Below are positions 14,101-27,791 of a stretch of DNA of 64,000 bases, one piece after another. The first letter of the stretch is position 1, and every line of letters starts with the position of its first letter. The notes below the pieces were generated by a model. It was not told the DNA's origin. It was given only the letters and a program-made list of their open reading frames with translations, and did not search any database. The stretch is from the human T2T-CHM13v2.0 reference genome, Homo sapiens: assembly GCF_009914755.1 (NCBI RefSeq), contig NC_060937.1. The stretch is one strand, 5' to 3'. The position numbers were made by a program, and so were the translations under genes.

Positions 14101-15309
14101 CAAATTAGTTCTTAATACTAGACCTGATATGAAAGCTATTTTTGCTGCCTGGTGGGGGGGAAGCAGGGCGGTCTTTACAGAAAATAAAACCATTTCATGT
14201 CTATCATGAATTCAGACCTATTATTTAATTGGTAATATTTGATTAATTAGAAATTAGAGTCCTATTAAATGATAAGATCATATGTCTCTTCTTTTATAAA
14301 ATGGGTTCACACAATTTTCTGGCTTATGAACTTCATACAATAGTGAGGACTAAGTAAGTCTCTACTTGGAGCAAGGTCTTTATAAACTCTAAAATAACTT
14401 TTTTTTTTTTTTAACAAAAGGTCCAGGGCTTTGCATTATGTAGAAAGTGAGATAATATGGAGGAATAAAAATGATTATTTACTGTATTTGAACAAGAAAT
14501 AATTTTATAGAACTTTGAAAAAGGGAATTATCACTTCAGCAAACAAGTTCATTTCTCTGCTTTCAACATTACACTTTATGACTCTTTTAGAAAGTTGGAC
14601 TTCCATTTTTCGTCAAAGTTTCTTCAGGCAAGTCTGTAAGAAAGCTCTCTTTACTCTGTTGGTAATGACGAAATGAAAAGTCCATTTTAAGATGATTATT
14701 TGCTCTTATTTTAGGCGTGATTGATTTCCTTTTTCATTTATTATATTGTATCAACAATGTATGTTGAACTGCATCTTTCTATACACAGTAGTGATTTGAA
14801 ATGATGGCTCTGAAAAGAAAATGATTACAATGTTTTATAAAGTCGTCCCGATTCACACAAGCACTAAATAAACATAAAATAGTGTCACAGAATTACACAG
14901 CATAAGCAACCTAGAATTTGTAAACCTTTTGCCCTAATTTACACATGAACACAGACACACACTCCTCAAATAAAAAAATTCATTAGTTATATTAATTATG
15001 ATAAGCCTTACTGCTGTTACAGAAAATCCTCAGTGGCTTAACAAAATAGAATTGTATTTCTCACTCGCATAAATTCCAGTCTGCTGCTCTAATTTTTCAA
15101 GATCTTAAATTTCTGGGCTCTCCTGTTCTCTTTCATTTTTGCTTGCAAATGGGTCAGCTTGCTCCTGAGCTTGTACTTTTCTTGTGATACTTTGCCAAAA
15201 GATTAAAGCAAGAGTAGGTATAGATTAATCTCATTCATTCCTACCACTTATCCTATGTCTTGGGCTCAGTATGGATGTAGTTTGCCTTCCATTTCATCAT
15301 AAGTGATGG

Positions 15310-16810
15310 TTTTGCTAGATGTTTTTTTCTTAGTTTACTTTTATATGAAAATGTCCTTATTTTGCCTTCTTTATTGAAGGATTAACTGAATTCTAAGTTG
15401 ACAGCTTCTCCCCTATGTTCTCCCTGCTCCTATCCTCTCCACTGCCACCTCTCCTCCCCACAGCCTTCACTCCCAGCACTTCTTCAGTATGTTAAAGATG
15501 TTGTTTCCCTGTCTTCTGGCTTCCATTGATGGTAATAGCAAGTCAGGTCGTTTGAATTACTCTTCCGCTGTAGGTAATTGCGTCATCTATTGCTATTTTC
15601 AAGGTTTTCTCTGTATCTTTGGTCAGCAATTTGATTAGGAGAAGCCTAAATGTCATTATACATGCATTTACCTTTCTTGGGCTTCACCAAGCTTCTTCAA
15701 TCTGTAAATTTATGTCTTTTACAAAACTTAGGACAATTCTGTCCATTATTTATTCAAATATTTTATTCTGCCCTATTATTCATCTCCTGCTGAGACTGTA
15801 ATGACATATATGTTCTACCTTTTGATGTTATTCTATAGGTTTCCGAGACTATTTTATTTTCCTTCAATCTTATTCTTTCTGTTTTTTAGATCGGATATTT
15901 TTTATTCATCTATTTTCAATGCTGACTACTCTGTAATCTCCCATTTCCTTTAAGACCATCCAGTGAATTTGTAAAATTTCAGATATCCTTTTTTGTTTCA
16001 GAATTTCCATAAATCCTTTCTATAGTATCTCTTTCTTCACTGAGCTTTTCCATACTTTCACTCATTCCAAGCATATTATTCTTCCCATCTTTGAGCTTTG
16101 CTAATGTAGCTGCTTTAAATTTCTTGTCTGCAGCTGAGTCAACTCATAGTCTCTATTAAGAATGAGTTATCATTTGCTTGTTTCTTTATATTTTGGGTAC
16201 TTTTGAATTGTATCCCAAATATTTTGAATGTTTTGTATGGAGACTCTGCATACTATCATATTGCTTTTCCAAATCTTGATTTTTATTTTTATTTTTTTGG
16301 TCTATGTGTTGTAGTCTTAATAGCAGTTTAATTGGACTCAAACGGAAAACTCCATCTCTTGGGAAGGAGTTAAAATAACATTTCAGTTCTGTAATCATTA
16401 GTTATGGGGCTCAGAGTCTTCCCTATGTATGTATGGTTCAGGGATTAGCCAGAGATTTGAGCAGAGCTAATATACAGATTTGAGGTTCCATCTCTAGGAC
16501 CTCTTCTTTCCAGGATTCCTCCTCACTTTGCAGCAACGTGGTTTCCTGTTATCCACTGCTCTTTCTGCTGGAAAGACTGAGTTTTCTGTCAGAATTTTAG
16601 TCACGGTGCACATTACCCACTGAGGCCTCTTCTTGGGCTAACAACCACAAAAATCTTCCTGGGACCGTTCTTTTCTTTTGAGAGTTGATTCCTTTCCAGA
16701 ATCTACCTGCTTTTGTTACTCTCCAGTGCATTCAGGTAATTGTTTTTTGCTTTTTCATTGTTATCTGATTAAGCAGTTGGTCAGTTTGGCCATTCCAGAA
16801 GCAGAAATAT
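15310..16810 (-). mobile_element. Old LINE-1 (L1ME-like) fragment
   Basis: Antisense L1 motifs such as gtcttctggcttccattg and tcttcaatctgtaaatttatgtcttt. Confidence 0.6.
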
Positions 16811-17366
16811 CTTTACTAAGTGCTTTGTCCCTGCATAACATGGGTCTCCATTTTCCAAGCTTGGATATTAGTTTCTGTCAACATCCTAGCACCAAGCCGA
16901 TGTCCCTTAATTAAAATTTTTGCAGTGGAAGAAAAATTGCAAGGTGTGTTCAGGGTACAAATTTTTGTATTAATTAAGCTAACATGAGCCTCTGATAGAT
17001 AACCCCTTTATTTTGGCAGCTTAACGTAATGCAAAAGCTTTTTTTTTCTTTCCACTTGCAACAGTCCAATGTTGGATGGCTATTGGATGGCTTTCCTTGA
17101 AGTGATAAATCAGGAGTCTAGGCTCCTTTCTTCATATGGATCTATCATATTTGACATGTGCCCTGGAAGCTCATCTCCATTGCAGCCATCCAATGGGGCA
17201 AAGCCATGGGAGAATTGCATTGGAGATACCTGAAAGTGGTAAACACGATTTCTGATCACCTTCCTGTGGTTAACTCTCAATCTTATGGTAAAATTAAGGA
17301 AGGGTGGGAAATGCATTCTACATGGGCTACCAAGAAAAGGAATAAATTTGGTAAGCAGATATCCAG

Positions 17367-17719
17367 TGATATGGTTTGGCTCTGTGTCACCACTCAAATC
17401 TCATCCTGAATTGTAATAATTTCCATGTGTCAAGGGCCAAGTGGAGATAACTGAATCATGGGGGCAGTTTCTCCCATACTGTTCTTGTGATAGCAAGTGA
17501 GTTCTCACAAGGTCTGATGGTTTTATAAGTGTCTGGCATTTTCCTTGCTGGTACTTCTTTTCTCGCCTGCTGCCATGTAAGCTGTGCCTTTCACCTTCTG
17601 CCATGATTGTAAGGCCTCCCCAGCCATGTGGAATTGTGAGTCTATTAAACCTCTTTTTCTTTATAAATTACCCAGTCTTTGGAATGTCTTTATTAGCAGC
17701 ATGAGAACAGAGAAATACA
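17367..17719 (+). mobile_element. THE1 solo LTR (THE1C/D-like)
   Basis: tgatatggtttggctctgtgtc start, aataca end, TSD tccag on both sides. Confidence 0.92.
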
Positions 17720-17800
17720 TCCAGTCTTTTCTAAGACAGATTCTTTATTGCTTACTATATCTCAGTTTAATTCACCTTTATTCCAACTACCCTTCACCAG

Positions 17801-17825
17801 CAGAAGTCATTGTGTCCAGCGGAAG
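17801..17825 (+). pseudogene. Candidate microexon E (25 nt)
   Basis: Acceptor ttattccaactacccttcaccag; QKSLCPAE+G; strong donor AAG|gtgagc; phase 0 to 1 fits exons D and F. Confidence 0.5.
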
Positions 17826-18929
17826 GTGAGCCAGGATAATCATCTGTGAAAAAAAGGCTGGAGTGAGGGGGCTGTTTCTGAGCACACTTCTTTGAGTTCT
17901 GTGTAGTTGAACAGACATTTAATGACGCCATAGCTACCCATTGTGGTTTACATTGCTTGAGGAAAGAGAAGATAGAGAGAGGAAAGTGTAGACCAAAATA
18001 TGTAGTTTTGGTGAAATGACTAGATTTGAGTGGATGAATCAGTGGGTTCTTTTTAAATGACCTGTAGGGAGGAAAATTGGCATTCTGAGAAGGTGTGTCC
18101 AGGCTATGCACTTTTTATGAATTTTTTGGTAGCCAGTTTTGTTCTTGACAAATGAACAAATCATCAGTTTAAGTTTAGATGTAGTTCATAATGTTAGCAT
18201 TTCATATCCTTTCAACAATTTCAAGTGATTTTCTTTCAGAACTGGCAAAATATGTCTCAGCTTTTGGCAATTTGACTTTGCCTTGCAGCTAAGTGAAAAA
18301 ATTACAAAATGAGAAAACAGACTCAGCTCCCCTGAACAAAAGGAAAAAATATTAACTCCATGTAGTATTTATTATAACATCTGGAAAATCATCTCAAATT
18401 TTCTGAGTATCTTTTATGACATCAAAATCGTGACAATAAAAAGGAAAATTCAGATGCTGAGAAATTTATCTTCTTTTGTAATTTATAAAGTGACAAATCT
18501 TCTGTTCCACAAGTTAGATATTATGTTCACATAGTAAACATGCTAAATGTTTAAAGAAAAATAGATCCTATGATTACATTTATGTTTTCCCTCTTGTTTT
18601 TACGAGATTTGGAAAAATCTTGATGTATCTAACGTCTTGTTAATCTGAATGTTATATGCATTCGAAATAAAACTTATAATCTTACTCTGTGATTTGTTCC
18701 ACTGGCATTATCAATATTGATTGAGACATTCAGTAAGGGAAAATACATCTTTTAGAAATTATGGGAAGTTGAAGAAACAGTAGCTCTTGCTGTTTGAAAA
18801 GTTCACAATTAGAAAGAGAAATGAGAGAGGTAAATATGACATAAAAATATTATGAAATCAATGAATTATCAACTAATGATTGTACTTGAAAAGAATTATA
18901 GAAAATTGTGTGACTGAATGCAGAGTGGG

Positions 18930-19253
18930 TGCTATGGTTTGAATGTTTGTGTTTCTTCACCCCAAAATTCATATAGTAAAAACTTTAACCCCAAAGTGAT
19001 GGTATTAGGGGGTGGGGCCCTTTGGGAGGTAATTAGGTCAGGGCAGAGTCCTTAGGAAAGAGGCCTCTTTCACCACATCAGGATGCAGCAAGAAGGTGCC
19101 GCCTATGAGGAATAGGCTCTCACCAGACACTGAATCTGCTGGCACCTTGATCTTGGACAACACAGCCTCCAGAATAGTGAGAAACCAATGTCTGTTATTT
19201 ATAAGCTAACCAGTTCTGATATTTTGTTAGAGTAGCCCAAATGAACTAAGACA
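18930..19253 (+). mobile_element. MaLR solo LTR (MLT1A-like)
   Basis: tgctatggtttgaatgtttgtg start; ctgctggcaccttgatcttggac; aactaagaca end. Confidence 0.85.
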
Positions 19254-19789
19254 GAAGGAGTGACAAGATTCAAGAATGAACAATTTACAAAGAAGGAGAA
19301 ATGTCAAAGTCTGTGTAGACCAGGGCAAGCCTAATTAACAGAAAAATAGGAGATTTTATGGAGAGGAATGGGGAATATTGTCATAGGTAGAAAGAGTCCA
19401 TTAGGGTGAGAGAGCCCCTAATGAAAGTTCTGCACATGATTCCCAGTAGATTTAGGACCGAGAGGCAGGAACAGTGGAGGGATAATATGGGAGGAATCCT
19501 CACACAAAGTGAATTGTGAGGAAATACGGAGTTGAACAGATTATGCTAGGGGGAGTGCTACAGCTAAAATGAAGCCTGAGCGAGGAAAGGGGGAAAACTG
19601 GAAACTACTACACACATTTGTAGACTATATAGAGAATTAGACCAAATGGCCCTCTGTTCAGAATTAAGAGGATTATAATATTGCTTTATGCTCATAAGCA
19701 CATCAGGGTTTAAGTTTAGTGAATAATCCCACAACAAGCTAACAAATTAACAAACTCTCCTACTATGATGTCATGTTTTTGGTGTTCTC

Positions 19790-20000
19790 CAGAATTAAAT
19801 TTAAATCTTGCCCCTGTTTATTACCAGGTGCATGATTTGGTGCAAATCACCTGAGTTTCACTAAGCCTCAGTTCTTCATCTATATAATGGGGATAATAAT
19901 ATTTCCTTTGCAGAATTATTGGACTTTTATCTGAGACAATTATGTAAATAACTTATTACAGTGTTCAACATATAAAAAAGCCTCAATCAGTGGTAGCACA
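19790..20000 (+). mobile_element. MIR fragment
   Basis: aagcctcagttcttcatctatataatggggataataat MIR core. Confidence 0.7.
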
Positions 20001-20904
20001 TTCTTTTTTTCAAATCCATAGTGATTCTTCATCCAAGGCTATAGTAACTGAATTAGTTCGGTGCAGAAGTTGGTCCCTGTTTAGTGGTGATTTTCTGAGC
20101 TCTCTCTGATGCATATAATTTGAGTCATGAAAAATGCAGGTACAGATAATCTCTTAGGGAACCTAAATTCTTTATGGAAAAAAATTAAATGTAAAAAAAT
20201 AAACACATAGCCTAACTACTTTAGATTTTGGAGCTGGAGAATATGCTAGAGGTTGAGCCTAATTAAAGTCACTGGAGCCTTAACAATTAATCAGTTACTG
20301 ACACAGAAGGAAGCAGGGGAAGAAAAAGAGATATGAGAAAAAAGGGAAAGGGAGCATGCAGCTTCCAAGAGTGATGCACGAACTTCAAGGTCATGGTTCA
20401 GTGGGCTGTAGAGCAGCTTGTAATTTCTACCTTTATTTCTTACAAGAGCAATAGTTTCATGGTACCTCACCTCTATCCCTAAAACTGAGAATTAACACTG
20501 TAATGGATGATTTCAACCAGGTTATGATAATTAAAATAACTTACCTTTTAATTATGTGCTATAGCTTAAAAAATACCTGCAGAATCATCATCTCATTTGA
20601 TTCTTACAGCAACCAGATGAAGTACATAGAATTGGTATTCTCATAATTATGAAATTAGCCTTCACGGAGAAAAAGCAAATGAAAATATTTAGAAACAGCA
20701 GTGCTGTAATATCCTCACATCCAGTTTACAATTCTTGAAAGAAGTAGTACTGATGTTGAGATTTCTATTTTTAAAAATACTTCAGAGCATATTTCTCCTT
20801 TGCCCTCACCTCACTTAGTTAAAAAGGATAAGAGCTAAGTGCAATTTTCTGAAGCCATCAACAGCAGAGCTAAAATTCACTCCAAATTCGTGACTGTCAT
20901 CTTA

Positions 20905-21271
20905 CAGTCACGTGTTGCTTAATGACATGACTACATTTCGAGAAATGCATCGTTTGGTGATTTTGTCTTTGTGCAAACATCTTAGAGCATACTTACACAA
21001 ACCTAGATGGTATAGCCTACTACAAACCTAGATGGTATATCCTACTACAAACCTAGGCTGTATGGTGTAGCCTATTACTCCTAGTCTACAGACCTGTACA
21101 GCATGTTACTATACTGAATATTGTGGGCAACTGTAACACAGTGGCAAGTATTTGGGTATCTAAACATATTTAAGCATAGAAATGTACAGTAAAAATATGG
21201 TATTGTAATCTCATGGGACCACCATTGTATATGTGTTGTTGACCACAACATTATTATGCGGCACATGACTG
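20905..21271. mobile_element. Tigger3a/MER7-like DNA transposon
   Basis: Terminal inverted repeats cagtcacgtg...cacatgactg with TA TSD; internal acaaacctagatggtatagcctact is duplicated. Confidence 0.85.
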
Positions 21272-21319
21272 TATTCAGGAAAGCATCCTTCTCCTTATGT
21301 TTCTTTAAAAGTAAGATCT

Positions 21320-21545
21320 GATGTGGGCAACATGGTGAAATTCTATCTCTACCAAAAAGAAAAATACAAAAATGAGTCAGGTGTGGTGGCGTGTGCCTGC
21401 AGTCCCAGCCACTCTGGAGGCTGAGGTGGGAGGATCACTTGAGCCCAGGAGGTTGAGGATGTAGTGAGTGTGATGGCACCACTGCACTCCAGCCTGGGCA
21501 ACAGAGTGAGACCCTATCCTAAAACAAAACAAAACAAAATTAAAT
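21320..21545 (+). mobile_element. 5'-truncated Alu (AluJ-like)
   Basis: ggatcacttgagcccaggaggttgagg; (aaaac)n tail. Confidence 0.88.
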
Positions 21546-22574
21546 TTTTAAAAAAAGTGAGATATTTAACATGACTTGATTCCAGGACCTGGCAGAGATC
21601 TATAAATGATGGCGAAATGATGTAAAGTAAGTGAAAAAGAATGAAGGTATGGTTTACATTTGGGGTGGGGGAAAAAAGAGATACGCTTCCCATTGCTCTG
21701 TTGTTTTATCTAAATCCACTTCCTCATATAGCTTTTTCCGAATATGAAGATAGACTACATTGTTAGGATGAGAAATGTAGGAACTATAACAAGAAAACCC
21801 CAAAAATTACCATAATTTTGGAAAATTTGCTTAATCTTTTAGGCTTCATTTTCCTAATCTTTAAAATAATGATAAGCATAGTATCTATTAGAATCAATAA
21901 TTACAATGTTTATTTCAGAAGGCTATAATGAAGATTAATAAAGATTAGATGACATCAAGGATACTAGCATAAAATAACAGCTCAATAAATGATCCCCCCA
22001 TCCCGCCCTCTTCTTCCTCTCCCCGTCCACTTCCTCCTCCTCCTCCTTCTTTCTTCATCACCATCATTATTTTTTAATTAAAGCTACAATTACACACATG
22101 ATCAGCATGACGATTTGCTGCCTAATAACCTAACTGTCGGGATGCTCCACTGAATTTGTCATTTCCTGTCAGCCATTCCTTCTCTCAGCATTGGTTTCTT
22201 TGAAAAGAAAAAAGCATTCAGTAAAGATTTCTTAGTCTTCTTTATCAAAAGATACCAAGATTTCTATATGCTGTTTTGTTATCCTGTGAAATTTCTAGGA
22301 ATCTCATTTTAAGACTCTTATTGTAAATTGACATGTGCGTAGTCATTTCAATTTAATAATCATTGGAGACAAGATGGTAATTAACTCTACAGCCTACTTA
22401 TTATTTTAACTAATAGCATAACCATGTTTATGTTTAACTTCTTCAGGTTCATGTAAGAACTAAAGTAACCAGTGCCTTTTTATCTGATGCTACAGGCACA
22501 GGTTTATTTTGCAAGCATTTATTTTGTTGGGTTGTCTTCTACCATTGACCTGCTTGTTTGTTTTTTTAAAACAG

Positions 22575-22641
22575 GTAAAGGAATACTTTTTGAAATTTTA
22601 ACTGGAGATTCTGAATTCAAATTCATAATGCTAGCATGCAA
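22575..22641 (+). pseudogene. Candidate exon F (67 nt)
   Basis: Acceptor ttgtttgtttttttaaaacag; (G)KGILFEILTGDSEFKFIMLAC; donor AA|gtaatt; open in the frame set by exon E. Confidence 0.5.
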
Positions 22642-22723
22642 GTAATTTCCAAACATTATATGAAGACAGCTTTAAGTACTGTGTAAACAGCATAGTGACT
22701 GATTACAGTAATTGTAAATTTAG

Positions 22724-22769
22724 AGGTCATTTGGTGAAATGGACAGAGAAATCCATTTAGTGGTTGCAG
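22724..22769 (+). pseudogene. Candidate exon G (46 nt, weak signals)
   Basis: (K)GHLVKWTEKSI*WLQ, TAG at 22758; phase 2 to 0 bridges F and H; donor CAG|gtcact. Confidence 0.3.
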
Positions 22770-23016
22770 GTCACTAATTGATACCTTTGTGGAAAACTTA
22801 TTGCCAGGGAGGAACTTCCAGCACAGGAAATGTCCCATTGCAAATACTATTCGCTGTCCATTAATTAAGCACTTGCAAAGCTTTGTTAACTAGAACAGGC
22901 CTCAGGACCATAATTTTGGTCAGTAGAGCAGCACTTACTTGAAAGTGTTAATTTAATTTCCTAACATGTTCATAAGCAGCTGAATGACTCAACATGCATT
23001 ATATTTTATCCCTCAG

Positions 23017-23061
23017 ACAGAACCACAGGGCAAAACTGATTTAGATGAAGAGTTTTTTAAG
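23017..23061 (+). pseudogene. Candidate exon H (45 nt)
   Basis: Acceptor attttatccctcag; TEPQGKTDLDEEFFK (only phase 0 is open); donor AAG|gtactg. Confidence 0.5.
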
Positions 23062-23750
23062 GTACTGGTATAATATTATCAGTAAAAGAAGAACAACTCA
23101 GACAGCATCTGGCAGTGTTGGGTTTAAAGAATATCAAATAATATCACAAGTGACTTAATAGCAGCCATATGCTGTGACCTTTTCTAGTCCTTCTCTTCTT
23201 CATCTTTTCTGCAACATTTGGGCCAGTTGACCACCTCTGCTTACTCAACACTGCTTTTTCCTTTGACATTTTCCACACCTCCCTTTTGCACTCCTGCAGA
23301 AGTTCATTGCCCCCTCCCTGACTGATGCTTCTCAGTCCTTCTCAGCTTCTCACCCTCTCTCTCCTCCCAACACCTACATCCTAAAGTTTTGTTTCTATGG
23401 AGATTTTCTCATCCTTCTTGTCTCTTCCCCGTGTGCTTTTTTCAGGGAAAGTACATTTTATTCACTTCCAGCTTCAGTTATCAGTCTGATGGGTGGGATG
23501 GCTGCCTGGTAGAGACCGCCACCCAGACTCCCAGTTGCAGCTTCCTGCTGGGCCACATGGATGTTAGGTTAGTGTTTTAGAGTCAACAAGGCCTAAACAG
23601 ATCTATCATTTCCATTTCTCTAATTAGTTCCCTAATTTTATTACTGATATCATTATACTTCCTCTTACTCTGGTTCAAAAGTCTGGCTGCTGCAGCAACT
23701 TTTATCCTTCTGGCTCATAACCTTTCCTCCCACCTCATCTGATCAGTTAG

Positions 23751-24174
23751 CATATTAGTCCGTTCTCACACTGCTATGAAGAAACACCTGAGACTCAGTA
23801 ATTAATAAAGAGGTTTAATTGGCTCACGGTTCTGTAGGCTGTATAGGAAGCATGATGCTGGCCATCTGCTCAGCTTCCGAGAAGTCCTCAGGAAGCTTAC
23901 AATCATGGTGGAAGGCAAAGTAGAAGCTGGCTCCTCTTACATGGCCAGAGCAAGAGCAAGACAGGGAGGAGTGAGGTGCTACACACTTTTCAATAACCAG
24001 ATCTCCTGAGAACTCACTCAGCATCACAAGAACAGCACCAAGGGGACTGTGCTAAACCATTCATGAAGGATCCACTCCCACAATCCAATCACTTCCCACC
24101 AGGCCCTAGCTCCAACACTGAGGATTACAATTGAACATGAGATTTGGGTGGGAACACAGATCCAAATGATAGCA
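23751..24174 (-). mobile_element. MaLR solo LTR (MSTA-like)
   Basis: attagtccgttctcacactgctatgaagaaacacctgagact...gaggtttaattggctcacggttctg; TSD gttag. Confidence 0.88.
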
Positions 24175-24479
24175 GTTAGCAAATGCTGTTGATGTGGAGG
24201 GTATTGAGAATGCATAATGAACATGGCACTTTATTTGCTATATAGTTGTAAGAACACTCTGGAACTCACAGCTTACTGATTCTGGGGATGGTGCTGGGTA
24301 AGAGCAAGGTGCTGGTAGTACTTAAATTTGTTGATTCAACATATTTATTCTTTTCCTGATTAAGCAGTTCCTTCAAGTTCACAACAGTCTCTTGCAGAAG
24401 TGATCAGCTTTCCCAGGTTTCATTCCCTTTGTCTTTCATAGAAAGTGGTCCTGGTGTCACATGACCAATTTTAAAATTT

Positions 24480-24640
24480 GAGTAGGGCATGCTGGCTCTT
24501 ACCTGTAGTCTCAGCTACTCAAGAGGCTGAGACAGGAGGATGGCTTGAGGCCAGGATTGTAAGGCTGCAGTGTGCTATGATTGCACCTGTGAATAGCCAC
24601 TGCACTCCCAGGCTGGGCAACAGTGTGAGACCTTGTCTCT
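24480..24640 (+). mobile_element. Alu monomer (FRAM/AluJ-like)
   Basis: cctgtagtctcagctact...gtgaatagccactgcactcc...gtgagacc. Confidence 0.8.
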
Positions 24641-24644
24641 TAAA

Positions 24645-24950
24645 TTTTTTTTCTTTTTTTTTTTTGAAATGGAGTTTTGCTCTTGATGTCCAAACTGGAG
24701 TACAATAGTGTGATCTTGGCTCACTGCAACCTCCGCCTCCTGGGTTCAAGCGATTCTCCTGCCTCAGCCTCCTGAGTAGCTGGGATTATAGGCACATGCC
24801 ACCACGCCCAGCTAATATTGTTTGTATTTTTAGTAGAAACAGGGTTTCACCATGTTAGCCAGGCTGGTCTTGAATCCTGACATCAGGTGATCCACCCACC
24901 TTGGCCTCCCAAAGTGCTGGGATTACAGGTGTGAGCCACCATGCCTGGCC
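24645..24950 (-). mobile_element. Alu (AluSq/Sx-like)
   Basis: Full antisense dimer with poly(T). Confidence 0.93.
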
Positions 24951-24994
24951 AAAAATATTTTTTAATGAAAAAAAATTGTCAAATTAATATTTTA

Positions 24995-25290
24995 GGTCAG
25001 GTGCAGTGGCTCATGCCTGTAATCCCAGAGTTTTGGGAGGCCAACATGGGGGGATCACTTGAGGCCAAAGTTTGAGACCAGGCTGGGCAACATAGTGAGG
25101 CCCTGAATCTACAAAAAAATTTTTAAAAAAATTAGCTGGGCATAGTGGCACGTGCCTGTAGTCCCAGCTACTTAGGAGGCTGAGGTGAGAAGATTACTTG
25201 AGTCCAGGAGGTCGAGGCTGCAGTGCACCATGATCATGCCACTGCACTCCAGCCTGGGCGACAGCGAGACCCTCTCTCTAAAAAAAATTA
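24995..25290 (+). mobile_element. Alu (AluJ-like)
   Basis: Full sense dimer; gaggtcgaggctgcagtg J-type right arm. Confidence 0.9.
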
Positions 25291-26831
25291 TCTCCTATTA
25301 TTACAAAAACCTAATTACTCTGAAGTCAAATGTCTGCTTCTGGTTGAGTTGGAGAAAAAAATCATGTAGAAGCAAACTTAAGAGAAGAAGGCATATTAAT
25401 CCGGCTCATAACATATTCCTGTTAAAATGATGTATCTTTGATGGCTCTTGAAGGTGACTCTTCTTTTCCATTTCTCCTACTCTTCTCTTGAACTTCTGTG
25501 AAGTTTCTAACTGGTTACCGTAGATCTATTCTCGTCCTCAAAATCCAGACTTCATGCTCTTACCCAAGTAATAGTCACATCTGTCACTGCCTTGCTCAGG
25601 TAGGTTAAGAAGCCTGAGCATATTCCACAGAGCAAACCCATGCTTCCTTACATCAAAGCCAAGCTTTCCACAACCCAGCTTCATACTATCATGGCCTGAG
25701 ATATCCACGTGCTCCATACTTTCAATAGAAGAGCCTTCACTATTTCACAACTGTGCAATCTATATCCCTTACCTTGGACATGACTGGTATTTCTGCCCAA
25801 AATGGCTTTGCACTTCCATATCAGCCTACTGAAACCCTATATGTCCTTTAGTGCCCTGCTAAGATGTCATTTTCAGATTCCAGGGAGTACTTCCAGATTC
25901 CCTGTCAGAAACAAATTCCTTCTTCTTCAATTCCACTCATGTTACTCTCTCTAGATTTCTATTGTTATTTTTCACATTACACATTACAATTAGCAGTGTA
26001 TATACATCTTCTTTAAGTTTTGATATTTAAGTTCCTAGAGGGTAGGAGTCAAGGCATATTTATATTTTGCATCACACAGAGACCCAGAAATTAGGCTTAC
26101 AATGACTATGAGCTGAATTAAACTATAAAAATGTTGGAGATTTAAAAAGTCAAATAGTTGCATTTTATTATCCCTAGTATATTGAACTGTGCCCTGGAGA
26201 CTAGATTGCTGGCATATTTTGTGTTCCTTAAGTTTGCTTTCGATTCCCAGGAGGTTCTTAGATAAATAGAAAAATATTCATTATTTTCTAATGGAATGAA
26301 TATAATGCCTTTATCAGTAAGATTAATAATGTCATTTCAGATTTCCAAAGAAATAACTTTAGAAACCTCACTAAAATCTACCGTGCTTTCTTTTTTCCAG
26401 TTCAGCTTAAAAATTGGGTTCTTGTTATAGAAGTTAAAAGCAAATAACTTTTTCCCCGGACAGATTTTTAGGAATAAAACAAAAATCAGATAGGCAGCCA
26501 AAACAAACTAACCAAAAGCAGTTGAAGAAGCCCCAGACAGAGAGGTTATTTCCTTTTGGTGGTCAAGTGGCAACGTGGTTATTGCATTATGTGAATCCTA
26601 AATTGGCATTTTGGGAGGAAACAAGAATCGTTTGCTGGAAATTAAATCCTTCATTTCTCTAAATGCCAGTCACCTCTGGGATTCAGACTAAAGTCCCTAC
26701 TTTTATCTGTCCATGGACAGGCCCCATCCCCTATCTTTTTCTAGGGCATAATAATGACATTACATTTTATTCATTACGCCTTACAGAAACTCAGACTAGT
26801 CACAGGCTATTGTTAGCTCTCTCCATTTCAG

Positions 26832-26879
26832 GAATGTTCCCAATAAAGTCTTTATTCACCTGAGTTGCCATTGAACCAG
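26832..26879 (+). pseudogene. Candidate exon I (48 nt)
   Basis: Strong signals: ctctctccatttcag and CAG|gtaaga; phase 0 reads ECSQ*SLYSPELPLNQ (TAA at 26844). Confidence 0.6.
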
Positions 26880-27240
26880 GTAAGATAGAAAAAAATGGCT
26901 ATTATAAAGCTGAAAATTATGTTGCTCTTTGAGGAGACACATAAAGAACCCACCTCTTTTATCAACTTATTTTTCAAAGCCTCTCTTTAGATGTTCAGTG
27001 ACTCTCTTAAAAGAGTGATTTGATCTCACCGGAAAAAAAAAATAAAGTTTCCAATCCTTCTGGTTGCAAAGATAGGCCCTTTTACTGTAAATCAATGTGT
27101 TGCTGTCTTGTTTGCTCTGCTGCAAGAAAGATGGACACAGCACAGAACTAATGGTACTGCTTCCTCAACTCATTTATCTTGTAGATCGGTTCATAGTGCA
27201 GCCCAGACTTAACCATTTCACCTCCCCTTTCCTGCTGTTG

Positions 27241-27345
27241 TTACTGGGGCTCAGAATGCCACTGTTGATTGAATGAAATTACTGGGGCTGTTGATTGAAT
27301 GAAATTACTGGGGCTCTGAATGCCACTGTTGATTGAATGAAATTA
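27241..27345. repeat. Short tandem triplication (long, short, long units)
   Basis: ttactggggct...gttgattgaatgaaa occurs three times. Confidence 0.85.
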
Positions 27346-27459
27346 TCTTTATTTTGCTTATTTTTCTGGACATTAAGTACCAAAAGTGGGATCAGTTATA
27401 GTTCTGACTTTATGGCACTCTACTTTATTTGTCCATGCCATGTTCCTCTCTTGTTATTG

Positions 27460-27791
27460 CAGTCATGCATTGCTTAATGACTAAAATACATTCAGAAACA
27501 TATATCGTTAGGCAATTTTGTTGTGTGACCATCATAGAGTGGATTTACACAAACCTAGATGGGATAGCCAACTACACACCTAGGCTATGTGCTACAGCCT
27601 ATTGCTCTTAGGCTACAAACTTGTACAGCATATTATTGTGCTGAATACCAGGCAACTGTGACATATTTGTGATATTTGTGCATCCAAACACAGAAAAGGT
27701 ACAGTAAAAATATCGTATTACAATCTTACTGGATCATCTTTACATAAGCAGTTTGTGATTGACTAAAGCATCATTATGTGGTGTATGACTA
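27460..27791. mobile_element. Tigger3a/MER7-like DNA transposon
   Basis: cagtcatgcattgcttaatgac start, acacaaacctagatgg core, tatgact end; same family as the element at 20905. Confidence 0.82.
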
